Origin: Selaginella moellendorffii | Lineage: Eukaryota > Plantae > Lycopodiophyta | DNA length: 64,000 nucleotides | Reading direction: 5' to 3' | Assembly: GCF_000143415.4 (NCBI RefSeq) | Contig: NW_003314334.1 | Span: forward strand, 513,614 to 577,613 | Shown: positions 47,610-60,100 of the stretch, piece after piece | Layout: each line of letters begins with the position of its first letter | Numbering within the stretch: position 1 is the stretch's first letter | The notes under the pieces: generated by a model | What the model was told of the DNA's origin: nothing | Database searches by the model: none | What the model saw: the letters and a program-made list of their open reading frames with translations, nothing else | Position numbers and translations under genes: made by a program

Positions 47610-49889
47610 TCAAGTGTCTTCTTCCATAAGTTTATCTGCGGATCGAGGCAAGAACGGCTCGAACGTACAGATAAATGTGAGAAACGCGAACACGATGAGG
47701 AAGAAAAACACCAAATGGTCGCCTGAAACAAAACTAAGCTTCTCGAATCAACAAAACAGGACAAATGCAAGGTAGCTTAACGCACCAGGTAGAAACCACG
47801 CGTCTTGTCTCGTTTGAGCCCACGCAAAACTGTCATAATTCAATCACTCGAAAACATTACCGCCTAAAACACTTCAAGAAAGACTTACACAATGCCTCCG
47901 GCTGCTGGTCCTATTGCTTTAAAAACCGAAACGACGCTCACGGAAAATCCGTTAGCAGCGCCCCTCTGGCGTTGCTTCTGCAAAACAACGTAAAAGAAAG
48001 ATTCAGAGGAAGAAAAACCGGTTCATGAATTGCGTACCACTGTGTTGTTAGTGAGCATGAAAGAACCGGTGAATGCTGCGACCTGTACAGCTCCAAATCA
48101 CTTAAATCCATAAGATTACAGGATCTTACCGAGAGGACGAATTTCAAAATGGAAGCCGAGAAAACTATTATATGTGTCCAGGTACTGTTGTGAATTTTAT
48201 TGAAGAAAGGGTACGAAATTAGCAGTGGAACAGTAATAAGCTGGCAAAACACACGTTTGTTGCGTTTAAGAAAGAAAAAAAAAACAGAAGAGAAACTTAC
48301 TGCTGCATAGCGACAAGATCTGATTGCACCAATCAATCTAGCAACGACCGGAAACAGCAAAGTCTGTGTCACAAGCATGGCGAATCCTACAAGCATTTAG
48401 TATTCGTGATTAGCAACACTAGAAATCCTGTGACTCACCAGATACTCCTAGTACTGCACCAACATCAGAACTTGTGAACCCAAGGCCGCCGTCTGCCCGT
48501 GGGCTGACAGACCATAGCGAAAAAATCTGTAAACACAGGATGTTTCACTAGAAAATCAAACAGTGTTGCATACCTCGGCGTAGCAATGTTATGAAGAGAC
48601 CACAGGCAGTAGACAACTGTGGACGCCATCAGAGGCCAATTTGTCCAAATGGACTGGTCTTCCTCCTCGCTTCTCTCAACCGATGACTCCTCGTCCTTCA
48701 CTGTGTTGTGGTGTTTGTGCAACGTTTCCTATGGAATGGTTATTGACAACAACGTTGATCGCAATTGCTAGCTTACCGGAAGCGCAGGGATCACAAAAAG
48801 CGCAACTAGAGCAAAAGCGGAAACGCAAAGTGCCTGTAGGAGATATGGAAATCTGAGAAAAAGAATCAACAACAATGTCGTGCCAACTTATTAAATTTCT
48901 AATCATTACCTTGCAAAAATGCTTCCCCTTGTGAAAAAGTTTGGAAACTTCTCAGCTGGCTGGAAAAACAAAGAACAAAAAATAAGCCTAGCTTCTTGGT
49001 AACAAATTCCACTAACCTGAGCTAAGAATCCCCCCAGCGATGGGCCAACAATCAATCCCAATCCCCAGGTGGTCCCAACCTGAATATCGTTCTAGTTGAC
49101 AGAGTAAATGCAAACCTTAAAGTCTCACCGTTGACATACTAACTGCCTGATGCTCCTCACTGCAAATCTCAGAAGCATAAGCTTTCACCACTCCGAGAAT
49201 CCCGTTGAAGCTCCCAAGGATAAAACGGGTCACCAGAGCCATTGCGAAATTAGTACTCATTCCGAACAGGGTGTTGAACACCAATCTACAAGAAAAAAAA
49301 CACACACGCAATCAGGATTAATCATGAACTCGAGAGGCAATAGATATACATACACTGAAGTAATACCAAGATACATAGCAGACTTTCGACCATACTTGTC
49401 TGCAATCCTCCCCCAGAAAAGTCCAGTCACAGCTCTTCCAGCCATAAACGACGAGCCTGGAAAGAAAACTAGTGAGTGATCTAGAGAAGCGTCACGCTCA
49501 CCAAGCCAGCCAGCATAATATCCAATGTCTTCATCCGATTTCGCGACGTGAAAGTCTTTCACCTGTCATTAAAGCGAATAAAAACAAGCAACGTAACATC
49601 TCGAGACACTACCATGAAATACACAAACGGGTACAGAACCGAGATTGGCAGACCTGCAGAAACAAGATTGGGAGACTAGAAAAAAGAGGGCATCTACCAA
49701 CGACTTACAGTTGGCGAGGGTAACAACTCCCAGAAAGCCAAGTAGCTTGTATGGCACCGGCGCATTTTTCCTTCGGAGATGCGCAGCCTTGCAGCCGGGG
49801 CAACCTGGATACCCTGCTCCTTTCTTGGAACCCAGCAGAGGCACCGCCGCCTGCTCTTGCTCTTCGACTTGACGTGCTGCCGAAAGCAT
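47610..49889 (-). CDS. ZIFL: ZINC INDUCED FACILITATOR-LIKE MFS transporter, copy 2
   Basis: Same exon structure and motifs as copy 1; introns alignable; ends FEPFLPRSADKLMEEDT*. Confidence 0.9.
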
Positions 49890-50017
49890 TCTGACCTTCC
49901 GAGAGCTCCTTCAAGACTGCGGAGTCTGTTTATAATCAGCTATGGATACTCGCACTGACCGCTTGCGTCACCGATCGCAACTGTGATTTCAAAAACCCCG
50001 TTTTCAGTGCTGCTCCC

Positions 50018-51718
50018 TCACGTAGAGCCCATCACGCTTGCTAGCAGAACATGAGGTGACGAGCATCTCGGTTCCAGCTTGGCGAGCTTGTCCGAAGCAT
50101 AGCTTGCCTGGCTCAAGTTCCTGTGAATCTTGCAAGCGTTTAGTATAGCACCCCACGCGGACGTCGATTCAAGTTCTGACGACGAGAGGACGAGCTCCTT
50201 TGCCTTCTCAATCTGACCACTTCGCGCGAGGAGATCGATCACGCAGCTGAAGTGTTCCAAACGAGCCGGGACTCCATGATCTCCAGTTAGAAGCACAAAG
50301 ACCAGCAAGCTCTCTTCGACGAGACCACCGTGGTTGCAGCCGGTGAGGATACTGGTGAAAGCTATCTCGTCCGGTTCCATGCCTTCGAGGTTCATTGTCC
50401 AGACGAGACCCATGGCTTCTCCTCCATGCCCGAAGTGAGCATACGTCGCAACCATCAGCGTGAAAGTCACAGCGTCCCACTCCGGCATAGCATCAAACAC
50501 TCCCTTGGCTTTTGCCGGATGACCACTTGCACACTCGGTTGCCACCATAGAGTTCCATGACACAACACTGCGTTCTGGCATGGCGTTGAAGATCAGCTTC
50601 GCCTGCTCGAGATGCCCGTTTTGAGTATAGGCTTGAAACATGGTCGTCCACGACACTACGTTCCTGTCCGGCATGCGATCGAAGAGCCTCTTCGCTTGAA
50701 GGAGAAGGCCACCATTGTCGGCGTAAGCTTGAAGCAGACACGTAAAGCTGACGACGTTTCTCTCGGGCATAAGCTCAAACACCTGTTCCAGTTCCTCGAT
50801 ACACCCGGCTTGGGCATAAGCCTGTAGAATGGAGTTCCACGAGACGATGTTCCTCGACCGCATCCGATCAAACAAAACTTTGGCCTCTTCGAGCTTCCCA
50901 GCTTGAGAATAAGCAGCCATCATCGAGTTCCAGGTGACCAAGTTCCTCTCCGGAAGCAAAGTTTCTCTTTGAGGATCATTGTCCACCACCTCGGACATCA
51001 TCGTATCAAAAACTTTTCTAGCCTCCTCCAGCTTCCCATTTGAAGTTAGCCCGGCTATAACAGCATTGCAAGAGGCAGCGTTCCACTCGGCCATTCCTTC
51101 AAACAACCTCTGCGCATTTGCAAAATCCCCGGCCTCGCCAAATGCATGAAGCATTCCGGTACAAGCCACCACATCCCACTCTGGCATTGAATCGAATAAA
51201 AGCCGAGTCGAATCAAGCTTCCTTGCTCTTGAAAAGGCCGTCACCATTGAGTTCCACGAAACCAAGTCATGAACCGGCATCGCTTCAAACATCCCCTTTG
51301 CTACTTCCAGACGCCCCTCACGGGCAAATGCTGCGATGATAGAGTTCCATGACACGATGTTCTTCTCGGGCATTGAGTCAAACGCACGCTTGGCCTCCTC
51401 GAGCTTTCCATTCTCTGCAAACGCGGTGACCATGATGGTCCAGCTGAAAACGTTGGGGGAGCAAAACGGACTGTCGAAGGCATGGCACGCTTCGGCCAAG
51501 CTCCCACACTTGCCGTAAGTTTCAATGACCAGATTGTTGAGGTACCTGTCCTTCCTGTGCTGATTGTTCCGGAGAATGGCCTGGTGAATTTTCTTCGCTC
51601 TCGTCAAGTCCTTGACAGTGCTGCACGATCGCAGCTCGGCCGCAAGACTAATCTGTGCCTCCTTCAATGCATCAATATCAATGGCCGGTTTTTTGCTCTC
51701 AAGCGTAACGGAAGCCAT
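50018..51718 (-). CDS. PLS/S-rich PPR protein with E-type C-terminus and no DYW domain; intronless
   Basis: Repeated 31-aa (ERNVVSWT...) motifs; PDEIAFTSILTGCNHGGLV, EHFSCVIDLLARSGQ, AWGAILNACKIH. First in-frame ATG is at 51718. Confidence 0.92.
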   Translation of the reverse strand: MASVTLESKKPAIDIDALKEAQISLAAELRSCSTVKDLTRAKKIHQAILRNNQHRKDRYLNNLVIETYGKCGSLAEACHAFDSPFCSPNVFSWTIMVTAFAENGKLEEAKRAFDSMPEKNIVSWNSIIAAFAREGRLEVAKGMFEAMPVHDLVSWNSMVTAFSRARKLDSTRLLFDSMPEWDVVACTGMLHAFGEAGDFANAQRLFEGMAEWNAASCNAVIAGLTSNGKLEEARKVFDTMMSEVVDNDPQRETLLPERNLVTWNSMMAAYSQAGKLEEAKVLFDRMRSRNIVSWNSILQAYAQAGCIEELEQVFELMPERNVVSFTCLLQAYADNGGLLLQAKRLFDRMPDRNVVSWTTMFQAYTQNGHLEQAKLIFNAMPERSVVSWNSMVATECASGHPAKAKGVFDAMPEWDAVTFTLMVATYAHFGHGGEAMGLVWTMNLEGMEPDEIAFTSILTGCNHGGLVEESLLVFVLLTGDHGVPARLEHFSCVIDLLARSGQIEKAKELVLSSSELESTSAWGAILNACKIHRNLSQASYASDKLAKLEPRCSSPHVLLASVMGST

Positions 51719-51806
51719 TAGCAATGCTAACTGACATCTTCTTCAGCTGCAATGGACGGAACGCAGGGTTTGTTCTACAGCGTAAAGCGAGCCTTACCAA
51801 ATAACT

Positions 51807-53169
51807 TTATTGTTTTCGAGCTGTGAGCATAATAAAGTTTCCTTTGATCTTCTTCTGGTAGTCGACTAGTCCACACAGCTTGCACAGTTCTTCGAGTTCT
51901 TTTTCGGTCCAGTATCTCAAACTCGATGATCTCCGTTGCTGCGGGCAGTCAAGGTAAGCCAGAATTTCGAACTTTATGCGTTACTTACAGGTAGGAAAGG
52001 AAAGATTGAGTTCGACAAGAACGTTGTCGCTACAAAAACTCCGCCCGGTTTCAGAACTCGACATATCTCCGCCACCTGAAATTTTTCACGTCTTTTACAA
52101 AGGAAATGTGTTTACCGGTTAAAAACTCACTGCAGATGAAGGAGACGGCCAACAATGCAATGCAGCACCAGCATGAATAGCAGAAACGGTTCCAGACGCA
52201 AAAGGAAGACGAATAACATCCGCTCGAACCAAGGCGATATCTCTGCCGACACAGAAAAACGAAGAATCACGAATTATTTTTCCAAAGAGAATGACAGACC
52301 ACAGGTGGTTCGAATCGTACGCTGTTCTCAGAGATTTGTCCTGTTTGACGAACTCAGCGCATTGCCGTAGCATGCTCTCGGAGAAGTCTAATGCGATTAC
52401 CGCTGCAAACGAGCCACATTTTGCCAATCGTCGAGTGAAAAGACCACTCCCACAGCTCACATCAACTATGACACCTCCAAAGGCTGGTCGAAGATACTCC
52501 AAGGCCATTTTAAGCTGAAACACATCACACATTCTTCACTCTCAAGTATAATAATTTCCCAAACCTCTTCATCTGGACCAGGGAACCCACTCCTTTCGAA
52601 GTTTTGTCGCCAGCCCCGCTCATAAATCAAAGAAACCAGAGGATTTCTACGCCAAACTTCACGTTAGCTTTTTTTTTTTCATAATCCAAATTCTACGAAC
52701 AAACCTGAAAAGCTCAGTGCCAGTCGGAGGAACTTCCACATAGTCCTTGGCACCAGACGTGACAGTTAAATCCAGATACTCATTTCTAGACGAAAACGAT
52801 CGCTTGCACGTAGAGCATTGAAATCCAGACTTTGCTATCGCGAACCTGGCCACAAAATCTTTAACCACGATATCAAAATCTACCCGGAACTTACTGATTG
52901 ATTCCTGGCGGACCCTTGCGCAGCAACGCATCGAAACAAATCGGACAAGCTAGCAGCTCCTTCGTCCCCAATCCTCCATCAGCTTTGGCACTTGAATTCC
53001 CACCTTCAAGCTGATCGATCGACGCAGCACCTAGGGCAAGAAATCTGACCTTGCCAACCGCACAGCTCACCCGCGCTCCATTTCTCGATCGAATTCCATG
53101 CGCGCCGCAGTGGGAATCCTCGCAGCGCCGCACGGCGCCAGCGCCGACGGAGCTTAAAGCAATAGCCAT
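51807..53169 (-). CDS. Plastid SAM-dependent methyltransferase (UbiE-related, At2g41040/At1g78140 type)
   Basis: Transit-like N-terminus, LACPIC...QCSTCKR zinc motif, YERGWRQNF...GFPGPDEE, VDVSCGSG, ALDFSESML, HAGAALHCWPSPS. Confidence 0.88.
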
Positions 53170-53539
53170 CACCGCCACGCGAATATGCGAAATTTTGACC
53201 TTGAAAATCAATCCAAAAATCTTTTGATCAAGCGACAAGACATCCTAGGCCGGCTACCGTACAATCACATGAAGGCCGTGAGGTTAAACTTCGCGCCAAA
53301 ATTCAAATAAAAAAACACCTTTGAAATTCTGTAAAATCTTTTGCGGGATAAAATCTTTATATATTTGTGGTACTTTTACTTTTCTTTTTCCCCTTAAAGT
53401 TTGCTAGCTAGCATGGTCAGGATTCACAATTCCAACATCCAAGTGGGAATGCCAAAGAGATCATTGAAATCCATGGAGCAAACAACGCTTTGGAACGAAG
53501 CGACGAATTTAAAGCCACACACCACACACCAAATTGCGC

Positions 53540-53900
53540 GCCAATGGGCCCACGACTCCCGAATGGGCCACTGACCATCACTCCGTACGCTTTCCGGCGC
53601 CGCTGGGTCGACGTCCCATCACCGCCAAACCCACGGCCACGATCCGCCGGCCGTCCCTCCTGGCCGTCCGATCGGAATCGGACGGTTTTGAATTCTCCCG
53701 CCTCTTTTCACGTGTCAGTGCGCTGGGCCATCGGCAGCCGTCCGTCCTTCCCGCTCCAACCATCGCGATCGTTTGGAGTCTCCGCCGTCCGATCTGTATC
53801 GACGGCCCAGATCCCCTCTCGGCGCCGCACGCGAGCGGCTCACTGTCGTTGGATGATACTGCCGACGGCTGGGATAATTCGCGGTCTCTCCTTTATATAC
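53540..53900 (+). promoter_or_regulatory. PLATZ/methyltransferase divergent promoter with site II, G-box and TATA
   Basis: TGGGCC at 53546, 53564 and 53724; CACGTG at 53709; repeated GCCGTCCGATC; TATATA at ~53894. Confidence 0.5.
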
Positions 53901-54037
53901 ATTTGGAGGGGTCCTAGCTGTTGCTTGCATTCTTTGATACTGTGCTTCCTCTTCTCTGGAGGAGCGTTTAGGTGTTCTTTCCACTAGCAAGATCGATCTT
54001 CCGGTTCTAGGGGGGATTTTCCACTGCCAGCATCGCT

Positions 54038-55203
54038 ATGGTTCGTGATCTCCCATCGAATTGCCTGCTCGCGCTGTTCTTGCTGGCAAAGATCGACATT
54101 TCTTGGATTCCGGGCGCTGAATTCTCCCAATTTCGTGTGCTTTCTCGTCGCAGGTGGGCTACGCGCTGGAATCGGCGCCTCGGAAGCCCGTCTGGCTCGA
54201 GGCATTGCTGAGCGAGAAATTCTTCGGCTGCTGCTCGACGCACGCGACAGTGAAAAAGAACGAGCGGAATATCTTCTGCGTGGATTGCAATGGCAGCATT
54301 TGCCAGCACTGCCTGAGCAGTCACAGCGGCCATCGGCTCGTCCAGGTGATTGAAATCCCGCAGTCCTTGCGAGAATTGTGCTCCAATTCTCGCGATTCTC
54401 GCCGGAATCGCCCTCTCATCGTGAATTTCGCTTGCGCAGGTCCGGAGATATGTGTATCACGATGTGATCCGGCTCCACGACATGCAAAAACTGGTGGATT
54501 GCTCGCAAGTCCAGGTAAGAACCCGATTAGGATTTTAGCCAATCCTTCCAAAACCCCAATTTTTGGCTCTAACACTGCGATGGGATGGATGTTTTTTTCT
54601 TTGATCAGACATACATTATCAACAGCGCGAGAGTAGTGTTCCTGAATCAAAGGCCTCAGCCAAGGCCCTCCAAAGGACTTTCGAATTCTTGCGACACTTG
54701 CGAGAGGAGCTTGCAAGAGTCATACCGATACTGCTCAATTGCCTGCAAGGTGAGTTAGTGAGTGATTGATTGATTGACCACCTTTTGATTTTCATGCGTC
54801 TTCCATTTAAACTTTTCTTCTGGTTTGACAGGTTGATGCCGTGGGTAACAACCAAGTGGAGTTAGATTCTCTTGTACCTCGTCGGGTGGCCTCCTCTTCA
54901 TCGACAGATGGCGGATTCAGTTCCTCTCCGGAAGATGAAACACTCAAGGTGGACAAACTGGAACTCGACGACGAATTGTCGCCAAACTCGGACGATTGCC
55001 AGTCGCAGGCATCGTCAGGCTGCAGCGGGAACAAGAACGAGGCACAGTGCGACGATCACATCGTCACCTCGGTGATGATGATCCCACCACCGAAGCGGAT
55101 TCGCAGCAATCGATATCCAGGGCAGTGCTCGCCAAAGTCGGTCATCATCCCGCATTGCTCCAGCAGGAGGAAGAGCACACCGCATCGGTCTCCGATCTTT
55201 TAG
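54038..55203 (+). CDS. PLATZ transcription factor
   Basis: PVWLEALL, C-x2-H...NIFCVDC...CQHC...[34 protein letters not shown]...[17 protein letters not shown]; first coding exon is ATG only. Confidence 0.93.
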
Positions 55204-56474
55204 AGCTCCAGGAGGGAAGAAGAAGAGGAAGAAGAGGAACTTAGCAAGAAGAATTCGAGCAGCAAGACAAGACGAGCGAGGAAGAAGACGACGAAGAAAA
55301 GAAGGCGTCAGAGGTCGGGAAAGCTTTTTCTTTTTCTTTCCCCATGCTTTCTTATCAAATCCTTGTTAACTTGTGGCGCAAGCGTTCCTAGATTTGGGAG
55401 TTTTGTAAGCGGTCAGAGGCCTCCCTACCTCTCTCGTCGTCTCGTCGCGTCCTCGCCTGCGAGATAACAAAAATTGAAGAAGGCCGCCGCGGACGTTTCA
55501 CAAAGGTGGCTGGGCTTTGGACTTGGTCGACAAAGTTGGGCCTCGCCCTCTCCTTTTCTAGAATGCGGGTAAGGGGCTTTATTATATTTCTTTTTAACTC
55601 GGTGGAGAGCTACGACTGCTAGTGCTGCTGCCAGAGAAGAGATTGAGGCAATCAAAGCAAGCAAGCAAGCGATCAGAAAGAATTAAAGAGACCCCGCGCC
55701 AATCAGGAACTTTGGAAGATTTTGCGCGAGAGCTTCTTTGTCGCCGCTCGTGAGAGATTTCCCGGGAAGAAAATTCAGCTCCAGCAGCGCGGATTTAAGC
55801 GCGCAGCGTCGCGGCCATTAAAATCGCCCCGCGATTGGCGATCTTTCCCCGGCTTCCCTGTTTCTATTCTAGATTTTTTGTTTTTTCTCTCCTGGGCGTT
55901 GAAGTTGGAGAGACCTGTAACGCATTTCTTGCACCACACAACATTGTATAAAGGGGAAAAGAAAATTGGTTTTTTCTTAAACGGCCAGTCACGTGTTCGA
56001 ATCCCGCCCGTAAATCCAAAATGCCGAATACGTGGCTCCGGATGGTTTAGTTTCAAGCAAACGTAGGGTAAGGCACTCGTGTGTATAGTTTAAGTTTAAT
56101 ACACCAAGCACGATGGGGTGATAGATTTCATGGTTGGAAATAACAAAGCTTTTCTCTTTGATACAGAAGGTGTGCTTGACAATCTCGACTATTATCAGCA
56201 CAAAATCATGATATCCATTCATATACTATTTGCTGGGAAATAATTGAGGTGCTGTCAGCTCACGTTTTAACCGTTTACAAACACTTTATCTCGTTTGATC
56301 TTGCGATCGAACATTACAAACACGAACTATGATAAGAAGAAAATTTTGAAACAAAAAAGTGTCACTGACTCAATGACAGCTGTGATGGTAACTTGGCATG
56401 CACTTTGCCGCGTGTCCCGTAAATCTCCTTTTTAAAATTCCACAACGCTTAGGTCAAGAAAAATCAAAATTAAA

Positions 56475-57110
56475 ATGGCGCCAATAGCAGGGGTTTGCTT
56501 GCAGCACATCGCGAGGGAGGCGGATGATCCACACGCCATGGCGCTCTTCTACCAAGAGGTGGGCGATCGAATTCACTGCCTGGATTATGGGATTTCAGCT
56601 CAGATTTGGGGGATTGTCTCGCTCGCAGGTTCTAGGGTTCAATCGGTTGGAGACTCCGAATTTTGGCGCCATGACCGTGATTTGGATGTCGCTGCCACCG
56701 TCGCATTCGCTGCATTTGATCGGTCGTGAATCCAAGCGCTCTACAAGCTCGAGGTAGAAGAACTTTTTCTTTTTTCCTTTTGCTCCTAGCTTTTCCTACC
56801 TCGATTTGCTACACAGGAAAGATCCAAGTGTGCTTCCCAAAAGCGATCACTTAGCATTTCGTGTCGAAAATTACAATGCCGCAGTCCAGCTTATAAAGGT
56901 TTTCTTTTCTTCTTGGTTTTACGATCCACTAAGATTTTTGTCGTAACAGGACAGGGGTATCGAGATCTTCGAAAAGACGCAGCAAGACGGGAAGATCAAA
57001 CAAGCTTTTTTCTATGATCCGGAGGGTACGTAAGGAAACAATTAAAATTGGTTTGTTCACCTTTCTTGTGCCCAGGAAACGGAATTGAAATAGGAAATTG
57101 GCCAGCTTAG
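56475..57110 (+). CDS. VOC / glyoxalase-I-like small protein; 5 exons
   Basis: LQHIARE...FYQEVLGF, LHLI, DHLAFRV, QAFFYDPEGNGIEI. Confidence 0.9.
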
Positions 57111-57199
57111 CAAATGTGTTTTCCAGAATGATATTCGCCTTTAATTAGTTTGTAATCAGGGTTTATCGTTATAAAAAAATGTGATGTTGGAGTAAAATT

Positions 57200-60100
57200 T
57201 CTGAGATAAGGAGGACCAATTGCCCAACCAGCATTTCAGTAAGTTTTCCTTATGGAGATTGTTGTATAGTCGTATACTCTCAAACACCGATTTGATCTAC
57301 CTGAAAGAGAGGTGTGCTTGTCATAAAAAACTAGCATCTCATCCAGGCATCATGCTATATGCTTTAGCAATCCATGTTAAAAAAGAAGTGAACATCATGA
57401 TCTTGTTGTCTCGATTAAGCAAGTCTAGCATTGTGGAAGAGATGGTCTTCATGCAGATTGTGATCTCAAGCCTAACCAAACCTTTTGGAGATGGTGGCAT
57501 TAAGTTCTAGAATTCCATATCCCTATGCTTCCTATATCATACCAGCAGAATCTGCTTGCCATGGGCTTTCCAGCAGTGCATACCATGTTATATTTCCATG
57601 CCATGATCGTGGAACCATTTGGAAACCTGAAGATTTTCATGAAAATTTCAGCATTTTGATGGAGTGAGAGATTTTACCTGGAGAAGCCAAAAGATCATAG
57701 TGGCTGCAAACTACCATGGTAAGTGGTCTCATACCTCTAGGTGGGCATTGCAAGACCCTCCAAAAATATGTATTATTTGTAGACAGCTGACATAGTACAT
57801 ATCCTTTATTATATGCATCTATAACACCATTCTACCTCACTATCTTGTTTTCCAAAGCATGATAAAGGGGTGTTTTATAAGACCACATTAGAGCCTTGTA
57901 TACCATTTTCAACTTTTCCATAGCCGAAAAAGTATTTGACCTAAGTTTAGAATTATAATTTGGAGCTTATGTAAGCCCTTATGACCTTTATAAATAGTTG
58001 AGTCTGGTCTTTACCTTGACTCAAGCTACTTATACATTTTTTTAACCCATCATGAAGGGTGGTGTTGTGAGTATCTAACTATCTAAACAATATATAAATG
58101 AACGAATTTTTCACATGGTGCAAAACTACAGGTGAATAAAGTGTTAGTTGTCCTTCTTTATGGCCACAAGTGCATTCTTTTCTACCCATTAAAATCAAGT
58201 GGCACTATTTAGTGGCTTGGTTTCTTAAATAATGAAGAAGAGTATAAATTTTAATCTACCACTACTTGATGCACAGAAAGACATCAATTATACTTATAAT
58301 GATGTTATTATATACTTTCCCATTGGTTTGGGGGCATAAATTTAGTGACATGTAGCCACTAAGAAAAGTTAGTAAATGGTCTAAGCCTTCAACATGTTTG
58401 GAAAGTATTAAGGACTTAGGATGAAGAGTCTAGTTAAATGTTTAACAACAACCTTGGAATAGGCTAAGAATGAAGGGCCTTACTTCAAACATAAGACAAA
58501 TAAGTGCTTAATTAATAAATGACAGATGATGGGGAAAAAGGAAAAGGCTTGGATTTTCCATGAAAAACCTTAGGAATCCCAAGATTAATTCAAAAATAAA
58601 GACAATTCACTTCTTAGAACAAAAATAAATAAATTATAGTAACCTTTATCTTATTTTAATGGCATTGCATTAGTGCTCCACTTTGCACATGGTCTGACCA
58701 AATATAAGATTGTGTTTGTAGTCCACTTGTACATGGAGAAGTATGGGACTTGAATAGTTAATTTCTAATTTTTTTGGAGAAAAATGTAAATTCTAGAGAT
58801 TGTATGGTTTTATGAACTATATCCATCATCCAGTAGCAAAATCAAAATAAAAAGTTCACTTATAAAAGTTTTTAAGGAAAAAAATATACCTTATCCTTAT
58901 TTTTTTTATTCCAAGCTCACAACCACTATAGCATGGCAACTTAGCTACCGTGGCATACATAGAAATCAGAGAAAAATAATAAAAGCATAAAAAAAAGTGT
59001 AACTTATACTTGAGAGTTTAGTAACTTTATAAAATGCTATGGCTTAACGAACATACCTATACATTGTTAATGTTATATATGCTAAAAAAATTGAATGTCT
59101 TATAGGTTTAGCAAGGCATTGTGGTTTTTTTTTTTAAAACGTATTTTTGTGAGCCATGATTTGAGCTCAATAATTAGTAATTTCTAATATATTTTTTAGA
59201 GTATTAAAAAAACATTCATGATGAGTTTAAGTTTATGCAAAGCATCAATTTTAGAAATCTTTAAAAAGTGGATTTTTTGTTTGTTTTAGAAAACCTGAAG
59301 AGGTGTAAGGAATATGCATAGAAGTCAAGCATATTCTACAATATTCTTTAATTTGATAGTAGTGATTTTCTACTCTTAAGCTTTGCTTCATAATAAGTGT
59401 GACAACATTAGGTTATCTTGGATTAACTGATAAAAAATATTCTAAATACCAATTGAAAAAGGAAATTATATTACAGAGTAAATTATTTATGAAAGTACAA
59501 TATTTAAGCTTTTTACTCTTAGGTTAATAATGCTTATTATAATTATAGTAACAAAGTTGCTAAAATATAGAAAACTAGTGTCTAGATTAAATCCAATCTG
59601 ACAGTTACTAATTCTTCAAAATGAAGTATACATAAGCAAAAAAGAAAAGAAAAAAGTATAAGTACATAGATGCTTATGCCTCTACCACAGTGAATTGGAT
59701 TTGAACCCAAGCCTTTAAAGGATAAAAGCCTTTGCCTCAAACCAGGGTTGGCAGGTAAGAAAGAGATGTGGATCCAAAAAACATGATCATATAAGAATTA
59801 GGGTGAAAACAAATGGAGTCACCTATGTACCTACTCACTCCCTTGAATTAGCATTGCTTTAACTTCCAAGAGTAGCTCTCTAGTTTCTTCCATTTGCAAA
59901 GATACCTCATAAATTCGGTGACAATGTCAATATTAGAGAGGAGAACTGGAAGATCCTTATCTCACTAAGTGCTTGTGGAGGTGGTCATATGCCCCATAGT
60001 CATATATAACATAGAAAACATCCTCAACCTGTGTAAAACTACAAACTTGACAGAGACAAAAGTGGTAAGGGATGCTAGATCTGACTCATAAGCCCATCTC

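Noticed and set aside
55990-56010. B-box-like GTTCGAATCCC
   Set aside because: No A box or cloverleaf around it.
57690-57740. IIVAANYHGKW resembling an integrase motif
   Set aside because: Too short and has no supporting downstream motifs.
59670-59760. Minus-strand GGTTCAAATCC, possible SINE head
   Set aside because: No convincing A box or stems; cannot be supported without a copy-number search.
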